Shown: positions 1-7,739 of the stretch, one piece after another
Layout of the letters: each line of letters opens with the position of its first letter
Position numbering within the stretch: position 1 is the first letter of the stretch
From: Bifidobacterium longum subsp. longum JCM 1217
GTDB lineage: Bacteria > Actinomycetota > Actinomycetes > Actinomycetales > Bifidobacteriaceae
Assembly: GCF_000196555.1 (NCBI RefSeq)
Contig: NC_015067.1
Location: 360,001 to 392,000 of the forward strand
DNA: 32,000 nucleotides
Direction of reading: 5' to 3'
Made by a program: the position numbers and the translations under genes
The notes under the pieces: model-generated
What the model was told of the DNA's origin: nothing
Databases searched by the model: none
Seen by the model: the letters and a program-made list of their open reading frames with translations, nothing else

Positions 1-710
1 AACTGGTGCATGAAGTCGTCAAGTCCGCCGCCAATGGTGACTTTGCTGTCGTCGATTGGCGCACCAAGTCGCTCGGCCAGCGTCATGGCCTCCTGACGGT
101 TGCAGGACCAGACCGGGCGTGCGAGCACCAGGTCCTCAAGCATATGGTCGTTGACCAAACGCAACGTATTGGTGGGGTTGATCACCAGCGTGTAGTCGCG
201 TGCAGCCGGGTCGGTACCGGCCTTGAGCAGGAATCCGTCCACGCCGGTGGCCGTGTGGTCCATCAGTGTGTTGCCGCTGATGTGCACCACGTCTTTGGGC
301 TGCGGCTCCAGCGTGTCGAACGTGTCCGAGTCGCCATGAGCCTCGGCGCCATAGGAAGCGATGAATGTCTTCTTCGGCGCGCCGGAGCTCAGCACCACGC
401 GGAAGCCGGAATCCTCATCAAGACGATCCTGGCCGATATGCGTAATGCCGTTGTCTTGGAATGACTGGCGGATGAAATGCGCCCACAGGCCGTTGCCCAG
501 AATGCCGGCGTGCTCGGTCGGCACGCCCATGCGGCTGGCCGCCTGCAGCACGCGATAGCTGCCGCCAATGGAGGGCTTCGGATGATCGGCCACGGCGAAT
601 CCGCCCTGTGCCGGCACCTTGTCCACATTGAGCATAATGTCCACCCAGACTTGCCCCAGTGAAATCACGCTGGGCTCGTGAGTGCCGATACCTCGCTTGA
701 GATTCAACAT
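1..710 (-). CDS. PfkB/ribokinase-family carbohydrate kinase, N-terminal ~236 codons (3' end runs off the left edge)
   Basis: Absent from the ORF track because it has no stop inside the window. My translation of the minus strand from ATG 710..708 gives MLNLKRGIGTHEPSVISLGQVWVDIMLNVDKVPAQGGFAVADHPKPSIGGSYRVLQAASRMGVPTEHAGILGNGLWAHFIRQSF...DVVHISGNTLMDH..., open down to position 3. GGAGG lies at 720..716, 5 nt upstream. The overall pattern resembles PfkB kinases. The + ORF 6..464 is its antisense shadow. Confidence 0.6.
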   Translation of the reverse strand, partial: MLNLKRGIGTHEPSVISLGQVWVDIMLNVDKVPAQGGFAVADHPKPSIGGSYRVLQAASRMGVPTEHAGILGNGLWAHFIRQSFQDNGITHIGQDRLDEDSGFRVVLSSGAPKKTFIASYGAEAHGDSDTFDTLEPQPKDVVHISGNTLMDHTATGVDGFLLKAGTDPAARDYTLVINPTNTLRLVNDHMLEDLVLARPVWSCNRQEAMTLAERLGAPIDDSKVTIGGGLDDFMHQ

Positions 711-728
711 GACAGCCTCCTTCGTCGT

Positions 729-752
729 AAGTTGCACGTCGCAAGTTGCACG
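729..752 (-). promoter_or_regulatory. Direct repeat aagttgcacg x2 (729..738 and 743..752, 14-bp period) in the 5' leader/operator region of the PfkB-like gene
   Basis: Two identical 10-mers lie 19-42 nt upstream of the minus-strand ATG at 710. tcgcaagtt recurs at 951..959. No protein-binding evidence. Confidence 0.25.
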
Positions 753-870
753 AGGACCCCTTCGTCCCTTGCCGTCTCTTATACCGAGATTATATGAGAG
801 TTTGCTGGATGCGGAAAAGGAAGGCCGGCGTGTTTTATCGGGTAAACGCTATGATTTGCAGCGTAATTCG

Positions 871-991
871 CCGCTGGCGAACTGCTGACGAACTACTTGC
901 GGACCGCTGGCGAACCAATGCCGAGCCGCTCGTGAACCGCTGATGGCCCACTCGCAAGTTACGCTCGAACCGCGCGTGAACCGCCGAGGTT
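871..991. repeat. Degenerate 11-bp tandem direct-repeat array, about 11 units, consensus ccgctggcgaa
   Basis: Cutting 871..991 every 11 nt gives ccgctggcgaa, ctgctgacgaa, ctacttgcgga, ccgctggcgaa, ccaatgccgag, ccgctcgtgaa, ccgctgatggc, ccactcgcaag, ttacgctcgaa, ccgcgcgtgaa, ccgccgaggtt. GAAC starts at 879, 890, 912, 934, 967 and 978, all spaced by multiples of 11. Confidence 0.8.
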
Positions 992-1012
992 CGCCCATGA
1001 TACACGCAAGAG

Positions 1013-1041
1013 TTGCGGTTGTCGGTATTGGGCTATATATT
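1013..1041 (+). promoter_or_regulatory. Candidate sigma-70-type promoter for rpmB
   Basis: TTGCGG (1013..1018), 17-nt spacer, TATATT (1036..1041), 87 nt upstream of the rpmB ATG. Sequence match only. Confidence 0.4.
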
Positions 1042-1127
1042 TGTGAAGTTGTGTGTTCGGCATGTCGGGTGAAACCGGCGGTCGAATGCGTGAAAGACTT
1101 GACACATCAAGGTTAAGGGAGTCCATC

Positions 1128-1322
1128 ATGGCAGCTCGTTGCGCAGTGTGCGGCAAGGGACCGCAGACCGGTTTCACCGTTTCCCATTCGCACCGTCGTA
1201 CCAAGCGTAGCTTCCGCCCGAACCTGCAGTCTGTGCGCACCACGATTGATGGCGAGAACACTCGCCTGCGCGTGTGCGTCAAGTGCCTCAAGGCTGGCAA
1301 GGTTCAGCGCGTGGCCGCGTGA
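1128..1322 (+). CDS. rpmB: 50S ribosomal protein L28
   Basis: [34 protein letters not shown]...[13 protein letters not shown], 64 aa, the Zn-ribbon (CxxC...CxxC) form. AAGGGAG RBS at 1115..1121. The ATG at 1128 lies inside track ORF 1053..1322. Confidence 0.95.
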
Positions 1323-1340
1323 ATCGCGTACTAACGTGGA

Positions 1341-1384
1341 GCAAAACCCGTTTGAGCTTCGGCTTGGCGGGTTTTGTTGTTTCT
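1341..1384 (+). terminator. Rho-independent terminator after rpmB
   Basis: Stem caaaacccg (1342..1350) pairs with cgggttttg (1368..1376), followed by ttgtttct. Confidence 0.75.
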
Positions 1385-1421
1385 GCGGCCTAAAGAGGCC
1401 GTGCGAATAGAATAGGCCAAT

Positions 1422-4265
1422 ATGAGCATCACTATGGGCACCACTCTCGCTTCGCTGGTCACCAACAAGCGTCGCGTGTCCGCGCTCAAATCGCTGGGAA
1501 TCGTCACTGTCGGCGACGCCTTGACCTACTATCCTTTCCGCGTCACCGAACCGGTGCCGCTTCGCGCCATCCGCGAGGCCGCACCCGGCCAGCAGATGGC
1601 ATTTGCCGCCGTGATACGAGATATGCGCGTGGTGCCGATGAACGCTCGCCGCGGCTACCGACTCGAAGCGACGGTCGATGACGCCGACTTCGCCCGGTCT
1701 CGTCGCGTACCCGGCAGTACGGCCCGGCTCACGTTCTTCTCGTATCGTAAATCGTATGTGGATTGGGTCAGCGTGCGACTGCGCGCCGGCACGTCTGTGG
1801 TGGTCTCCGGTATGCCCGGCGAATACATGGGTCAGCTGCAGTTCACCCATCCCGAAATCCTCACTGTCGCGCCCGTGCCGGCCGGAGCAGGAGCGGGGCT
1901 TGAGGGTTACGCTCGGGGCGCGGCATCCGGCAATGGTGCGTTTGCGGGAAGTGCCGATCCGTATGCCAGTGCGCAGTCCGCGTATCCGCCGGCCGCGACT
2001 GCCCCTTCCGGGGCCGCGTTGAAATACGACGCCGATACCGTGCAAGAGGCGCTTACCCGCGTCTGCCGGCCCCGCCCGGTATATCACGCCAGTTCGCGTA
2101 TCTCGTCCGAACATATTCATGAGACGATTCTGGGATTGCTGTGGATGATGGGGGCCCGCACGTCATCCACGCCTGACGGGCAACTCGCTGGCGCTGGGGC
2201 AGCCGGCATTGTGGCTCCCGCGACTGACACCATCGCCGTCCAAAACGGGGAAGAGAAGTCCGGCACGACCGCCGAATCCGGTGCTGAGGCGCTCTCCCAA
2301 TCCATCCCAGATGTGCTGCCCGAATCGGTGCGCAAGGCCAAGAACCTCATGCATCGGGCTGAGGCGTTCCTGGCCATTCATGATCCGGCCTCCACGGCCC
2401 GGTTCAAGGAGGCCATCGAAACCCTGCGCTATGAGGAGGCTTTCGTTTCGCAGACCTCGCTGCTGAAGTCTCGACAGCACGCGCACAAGTCATCGGCGCA
2501 TCCTTGCCCGCTGAACGAGGCGCTGGAAACAGCTCGAGCGTCGGTGGGCGAAGCGGTTGCGGAGCCAAGTACGCAACCAGAAGCATCGGAGCGCGGTTCT
2601 GCGACCGATCTGCCTGATCTGCCCAATTTGCCCAATTTGCGCGACCGCTTCATCGCATCGTTGCCGTTCACACTGACAGCCGGGCAGAGTCAGGTGGTGG
2701 ACGACATCGCGTCCGATCTTGAACGTGACTGGCCCATGCAGCGTCTGTTGCAGGGCGAAGTCGGCTCCGGCAAAACCGTAGTGGCGCTCGCGGCCATGCT
2801 GCAGGCGGTCGGCGCCGGCTATCAGGCGGTGCTGGTGGCTCCCACTCAGGTGCTTGCCGAACAGCATTACGAGACCATCAGCAAGATGGTGTCGGGGTTG
2901 ACCCTTGCACAGCCGGGTGCCAAGGAGACCGATGCCGCGGCCGACGTTGAGGGCGCGATGGGCGCGTCCGGTGCTTCGACGGTCTCTTCTTCCAAGGTGA
3001 CTGCGGAAATTCCCGTCACCCTGCTGACCGGTGGTATGAAGCTTGCCGCCCGGCGTAAGGCGCTCGCTGCGGCCGCCAGTGGTGAGCCGGGCATTATCGT
3101 GGCCACGCACGCGGCGTTTTCCAAGACCTTCCAAGCCCCGCACTTGGCCTTGGTGGTGATCGACGAGCAACACCGGTTCGGTGTGGAACAGCGCGAAAGC
3201 CTCAACGCCAAAACCGATGACGGCACCACGCCGCATCTACTGGTGATGACCGCCACGCCCATCCCGCGCACCGCCGCCATGACTTGGTTTGGCGATCTCG
3301 ATATTTCCTGGCTCACCGAATTGCCTGGCGGCCGCAAACCGATTCGTACCGTGGTGGTCAATGAGGCCGACGCCGCCACCATGGGGCGTATGTTCGCGCA
3401 CATTCGCGCGCGAGTCGACGCGGGGGAGCGGGCCTATATCGTGTGCCCGCGCATTGATGCGGATGATGAGGAGAACGAAGGCGGTTCCGGCGTTTCGGCA
3501 GCAGCCGGTTCTGCCCGCGGACGCGCCGCAGCATCTGGTTCCAGTGCCCGCACAGCTGCGGGCGGCCGTGCGACGCGCGCGGCGGCCGATGCCATCGGCA
3601 TCGACGACCCCTACGAAACCTTCGACGAAAATGGCGAAACCGTGGCTCGCCCGCCATTGCATGCGGTGGCCGAAATCGCCGACCGGTTGCAGAAACTTCC
3701 ACAGTTCCAAGGCATTCGGTTTGCGACTCTGACCGGCCGCGACAAGGATGACGTCAAAACCCAGGTCATGGCCGATTTTGCCGGCGGCGAGACTCCGATC
3801 CTGGTGTCCACCACGGTGATCGAAGTCGGCGTGGACGTCAAGCAGGCCAGCTGCATCGTCATCTTTGATGCCGACCGATACGGCCTCTCTCAGCTGCATC
3901 AGCTGCGCGGCCGCGTGGGGCGTGGCGGCACCAACTCGTGGGCGTTCCTTATTTCCCGTGCGGAACCCGGCTCCCCGGCCGAGCAACGGCTCGAAGTGAT
4001 TCACCACTCGCTCGACGGTGCCGAAATCGCCCAAGCCGACTTGGAATTCCGCGGTGCCGGCGATGTGCTCGGCGACGCCCAATCCGGCGGCAAGTCCAGC
4101 CTGAAGCTCCTGCGCGTGGTCAAGGACGCCGACATGATCGCCGACGCCCGCACCCGTGCCGGGCAGCTTCTGGCCGCCGACCCCGAACTGGCAGGTGAGG
4201 TCCAACTCGCCGGTGCCGTCCTCGACTTCACCCGAGGCAACGAAACCTTCCTGACCTCCAGCTGA
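1422..4265 (+). CDS. recG: ATP-dependent DNA helicase RecG (947 aa, with low-complexity insertions)
   Basis: Walker A GEVGSGKT, motif II VVIDEQHRFG, MTATPIPRT, QLHQLRGRVGRG. The rpmB-recG neighbourhood is typical of actinobacteria. Confidence 0.93.
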   Translation: MSITMGTTLASLVTNKRRVSALKSLGIVTVGDALTYYPFRVTEPVPLRAIREAAPGQQMAFAAVIRDMRVVPMNARRGYRLEATVDDADFARSRRVPGSTARLTFFSYRKSYVDWVSVRLRAGTSVVVSGMPGEYMGQLQFTHPEILTVAPVPAGAGAGLEGYARGAASGNGAFAGSADPYASAQSAYPPAATAPSGAALKYDADTVQEALTRVCRPRPVYHASSRISSEHIHETILGLLWMMGARTSSTPDGQLAGAGAAGIVAPATDTIAVQNGEEKSGTTAESGAEALSQSIPDVLPESVRKAKNLMHRAEAFLAIHDPASTARFKEAIETLRYEEAFVSQTSLLKSRQHAHKSSAHPCPLNEALETARASVGEAVAEPSTQPEASERGSATDLPDLPNLPNLRDRFIASLPFTLTAGQSQVVDDIASDLERDWPMQRLLQGEVGSGKTVVALAAMLQAVGAGYQAVLVAPTQVLAEQHYETISKMVSGLTLAQPGAKETDAAADVEGAMGASGASTVSSSKVTAEIPVTLLTGGMKLAARRKALAAAASGEPGIIVATHAAFSKTFQAPHLALVVIDEQHRFGVEQRESLNAKTDDGTTPHLLVMTATPIPRTAAMTWFGDLDISWLTELPGGRKPIRTVVVNEADAATMGRMFAHIRARVDAGERAYIVCPRIDADDEENEGGSGVSAAAGSARGRAAASGSSARTAAGGRATRAAADAIGIDDPYETFDENGETVARPPLHAVAEIADRLQKLPQFQGIRFATLTGRDKDDVKTQVMADFAGGETPILVSTTVIEVGVDVKQASCIVIFDADRYGLSQLHQLRGRVGRGGTNSWAFLISRAEPGSPAEQRLEVIHHSLDGAEIAQADLEFRGAGDVLGDAQSGGKSSLKLLRVVKDADMIADARTRAGQLLAADPELAGEVQLAGAVLDFTRGNETFLTSS

Positions 4266-4283
4266 GGCACCTCCAGCTGAGGC
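4254..4283 (+). repeat. Perfect 15-bp tandem duplication (acctccagctgaggc x2) spanning the recG stop codon
   Basis: 4254..4268 and 4269..4283 are identical. The recG TGA is at 4263..4265 and its duplicate at 4278..4280. Confidence 0.95.
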
Positions 4284-4482
4284 TAGGGCTGCGCCCCCGT
4301 AATCGCACGATATAGTTTTTCCGTATGCCGATCGTGAGGAAATCACGGTCGGGAAGCCCTCGAATGTGCTTCAGTGGAGGCAAGACCATTCGTACATGAG
4401 GTACTCGAAGTGCATATATCATTGGTGCGCTTCGAGCACCCCATTGTTGTTCATGATTGGTATGCGCAGATGAACCTGTACA

Positions 4483-5103
4483 GTGAAAGCTATGCGTGTA
4501 ATTTCTGGACGATTCAAGGGTGTGGTGCTTGCTACGCCGAAAACGGGTACCCGGCCTACCACGGATCGCACCAAAGAGGCGATTTTCTCGCACCTCGACT
4601 CATGGGGAGTGCTGGATGATGCCCGTGTACTGGACCTGTTCGCCGGTACTGGTGCGTTGGGCATCGAAGCGCTGAGCCGTGGCGCGCGAGAACTCGTGGC
4701 CGTGGAAAGTTCCCGGCCTGCGGCGGCGCTGATTACCAAGACCTTGGCGCAGCTACAGAAGAATCGTTCGTGGGATGCTTCGCTCAAGGCCCGTGTGCTG
4801 GTCAAAAAAGCCGAGCAAGTGGCTGGCGGCTTCGGCGAACCATTCGACGTGATATTCATCGACCCGCCCTATGCCTATGAGACCGCTGAATGCAATCAGC
4901 TACTGTCCGATCTGGCGGCGGGCAGCGCCACCAACGAGAACACGGTGATCATGCTCGAACGCTCGGTACGCTCGGATGATCCCACTGCCCCCGGAGGCTG
5001 GCAAATCACCGAAAGCCGCAACTACGGCGAAACCGCCGTCTTCTACATCGAATCCGCGGATGACGACTCGGATATAGAGCGTTCCGACGATTCCGCCGCG
5101 TAG
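4483..5103 (+). CDS. rsmD: 16S rRNA (guanine966-N2)-methyltransferase RsmD
   Basis: MRVISGRFKG..., SAM-binding DLFAGTGALGIEALSRGA, and the DPPY motif (VIFIDPPY). The start is GTG 4483 or ATG 4492. Confidence 0.88.
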   Translation: MKAMRVISGRFKGVVLATPKTGTRPTTDRTKEAIFSHLDSWGVLDDARVLDLFAGTGALGIEALSRGARELVAVESSRPAAALITKTLAQLQKNRSWDASLKARVLVKKAEQVAGGFGEPFDVIFIDPPYAYETAECNQLLSDLAAGSATNENTVIMLERSVRSDDPTAPGGWQITESRNYGETAVFYIESADDDSDIERSDDSAA

Positions 5104-5126
5104 TGAATCTCCCACCGTGTGGTGAA

Positions 5127-5942
5127 TTAATCGGCGAGCCGGCGCGGATGGGCGGCGGAGACCTCCCAGCCCAAGGCCATCAGGGTCTTGCGATCGGCCT
5201 TATCCAGCGCCTTGCAATCCAGTGCCGCGATAAGGTCTGGCCGAATCTCGGCGGTGCGGGCCAGCGCTTCGTCGCGGCGAAAACGGTCCACCTTGCCGTG
5301 GTCGCCGGACAACAGCACATCCGGCACCGCAATACCGCGCCACACGGCCGGCTTGGTGTACTGGCGATGTTCAAGCAGTGCGCCCTCGCCGGTGTAGGAT
5401 TCCTCAACAATCGAATCTGGGTTGCCCATGAATCCGGGCATCAGGCGGGTGATGGCCTCAAGCATCACCGATACCGCTACTTCGCCGCCGTTCAGCACAT
5501 AGTCGCCGATCGAATATTCGCGTACGTCGACGCCTTGGGCGCGGTAGTAGTCCGGGATGCGCGCATCGTAGCCCTCATACCGGCCGCAGCCGAACAGCAG
5601 ATGGTCGGCATGGCTGAGCTCGGTGGCGTCGCGCTGGGTGAACAACGGGGCCGATGGGTTCGGGAAGATGAGCACCGGTGCGCCGGATGGGGCGGGGGAG
5701 CCGGACGGCTGCGAGAATCCCAGCAGTTCGTCCAGACATTCGCTCCACACTTCGGGCTTCATCACCATGCCGGCCCCGCCGCCGACTGGCGTATCATCCA
5801 CCGAATGATGCACATCGTGGGTCCAGTCGCGCAGGTTGTGCGCCTTGATCTCCAACAATCCCTTGGCCTGGGCTTTGCCCATCAGGCTGAGGTTCATCAC
5901 CTCAAAGTATTCGGGGAACACGCTCACGATATCGATCTTCAT
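5127..5942 (-). CDS. trmD: tRNA (guanine37-N1)-methyltransferase TrmD
   Basis: MKIDIVSVFPEYFE, VDDTPVGGGAGMVMKPE, CGRYEGYDAR. 271 aa. Confidence 0.95.
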   Translation of the reverse strand: MKIDIVSVFPEYFEVMNLSLMGKAQAKGLLEIKAHNLRDWTHDVHHSVDDTPVGGGAGMVMKPEVWSECLDELLGFSQPSGSPAPSGAPVLIFPNPSAPLFTQRDATELSHADHLLFGCGRYEGYDARIPDYYRAQGVDVREYSIGDYVLNGGEVAVSVMLEAITRLMPGFMGNPDSIVEESYTGEGALLEHRQYTKPAVWRGIAVPDVLLSGDHGKVDRFRRDEALARTAEIRPDLIAALDCKALDKADRKTLMALGWEVSAAHPRRLAD

Positions 5943-6003
5943 GTCATCCAGCCTAACGGTAGCCCCTCCCGCATTACACGGCCACCACTACACTATTGCG
6001 GTG

Positions 6004-7662
6004 ATGAATACGACGATGAACCTCCCCACCCGCAAAAAGCCCGAAGTGTTGTCCCCGGCCGGCAACCTGAGGGGCCTGAAAACCGCGGTCGATTATGGTG
6101 CCGACGCCGTCTACTGCGGCGGCAAAGCCTTCGGCATGCGATCGGCCCCCAAAAACCTTAGCCTTGAGGATTTCGAGGAAGGATCGCGCTACGCCCATGA
6201 ACGCGGCGCTCGCGTGTACGTGACCTGCAACGTGCTGCCGCGCAACAACGAGATCGAAGCCATGCGCGAGTACGTCGGCCAGCTCAAAGACACCGGCGTG
6301 GACGCGCTGATCGTCTCCGATATTGGCGTGATGATGATGGCCCGTCAGGTGGCTCCGAATCTGGAACTGCACGTCTCCACCCAGGCCGGCGTGACTAATT
6401 ATCAGGCTGCGAACGCCTTCTACGAGCTTGGTGTTCGCCGTGTGGTGTTGGCCCGCGAGATGGACTTGCAGGCCGTGCGTGATATTCGCGCCAACATTCC
6501 CGATGACCTCGACATCGAATGCTTCGTCCACGGTGCTATGTGCATGGCCTTCTCCGGCCGCTGCCTGTTCTCCAACTATCTGACCGGCCGCGATGGCAAT
6601 CACGGCGAATGCGCCCAGCCATGCCGCTGGAAGTATTCGATCGTGGAAGAGAAGCGCCCCGGCCAGTACTTCCCGATCGAGCAGACCGAGAACGGCGCCT
6701 ATCTGTTCAATTCGCAGGACATGAATATGCTGGGACACTTGGATGATTTGATTGACTCCGGTGCCACCAGCCTCAAAATCGAAGGCCGCGCGAAAAGCGC
6801 CTACTATATCGCCGCCATGACCAACGCCTACAAAACCGCGGTTAATGAATACATGATTCAACGCGGTTTTGAAGACGCTGATGGCAATGTTTTGAAGCCT
6901 TTCCATGACCGTGTGATTCGCCCGGGCGACCCCGATTTTGGCCAAGGAACCGAAGATCAAGTGATGCGCAATGCTGATGCCGCGTTCGCCGGTGTGGCCG
7001 ATGAGGGATATGACCGTGGCTCTGATACTGCGGTTGCCGATTCGGTCACCGGCTCGGTTGCCGCAGAACGTGACCGCGTGACGGTTGCTGATGCCGTCGA
7101 CTCAACTGCCTCTGGTACGCCGGCCGGCACCGCCGTCGAACCCGACGGCATGAGCTCTCACGCCCGTTCCACGCGCCGCAAGTCCAACACCGCGGTCGAA
7201 CAGATTGAGACCGATTGGAAACATGCGGCCGTTCGCCCGGCCCCACACGTCGAACTGCCCGAATGGCTGCTCGAGGAAACCGACAAGGTGGCCCACCGCG
7301 ACTACTCCACCGGCTTCTATTACCCGGAGCACAAGGTCACACAGAACACCGACCGCTCCGCCTACTTCCGCTCATGGCTGGTAGTGGGCGAAGTGCTGAG
7401 CTGGAGCGCGGACGAAGACGGACGTGTCACGCTGATGAGCCGTAACAAGATTGAGCCCGGTCAACAGGTCGAATTCCTGCTGCCTGGCGAGAGACCATTG
7501 GTCTTTACCGTGCCGGAAACCGGCCTGCGCGATGCCGATGGCGCGCCAGTACCCGCCATCAATAATCCGGCGCACGTGTTCTCGATGCCCTGCCCGCACC
7601 AGGTGCCCATCAACGCCGCCATCCGCTCGCGCACCAAAAAGCCCACCCTCAAAGCCGAATAA
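6004..7662 (+). CDS. Peptidase U32 family protein (collagenase-like; the family includes RlhA/TrhP-type RNA hydroxylation factors)
   Basis: U32 signature ECFVHGAMCMAFSGRCLFS and N-terminal LSPAGNLRGLKTAVDYGADAVYCGG. A C-terminal barrel-like region follows an Ala/Asp/Ser-rich insertion. I moved the start to ATG 6004 (alternative 6016) because the track start 5836 overlaps trmD. Confidence 0.85.
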   Translation: MNTTMNLPTRKKPEVLSPAGNLRGLKTAVDYGADAVYCGGKAFGMRSAPKNLSLEDFEEGSRYAHERGARVYVTCNVLPRNNEIEAMREYVGQLKDTGVDALIVSDIGVMMMARQVAPNLELHVSTQAGVTNYQAANAFYELGVRRVVLAREMDLQAVRDIRANIPDDLDIECFVHGAMCMAFSGRCLFSNYLTGRDGNHGECAQPCRWKYSIVEEKRPGQYFPIEQTENGAYLFNSQDMNMLGHLDDLIDSGATSLKIEGRAKSAYYIAAMTNAYKTAVNEYMIQRGFEDADGNVLKPFHDRVIRPGDPDFGQGTEDQVMRNADAAFAGVADEGYDRGSDTAVADSVTGSVAAERDRVTVADAVDSTASGTPAGTAVEPDGMSSHARSTRRKSNTAVEQIETDWKHAAVRPAPHVELPEWLLEETDKVAHRDYSTGFYYPEHKVTQNTDRSAYFRSWLVVGEVLSWSADEDGRVTLMSRNKIEPGQQVEFLLPGERPLVFTVPETGLRDADGAPVPAINNPAHVFSMPCPHQVPINAAIRSRTKKPTLKAE

Positions 7663-7739
7663 CCTACCACTCCGCCCCCGCTGACTGGGGGTGGTCATGA
7701 AAATCATGAACACCGCCCGCACCCAAGAAAGAATGCCTT

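Noticed and set aside
6-464. Track ORF 6..464 (+, 152 aa), and neighbouring ORFs 361..558, 389..628, 418..744 and 477..662
   Set aside because: They overlap a much more convincing minus-strand PfkB-like reading frame with a GGAGG RBS. Their translations are Arg/Ala/His-rich with no recognisable motifs.
5836-6003. N-terminal 56-codon extension of the U32 ORF as given in the track
   Set aside because: It would overlap the trmD coding start on the opposite strand by over 100 nt. U32 homology only begins after ATG 6004.
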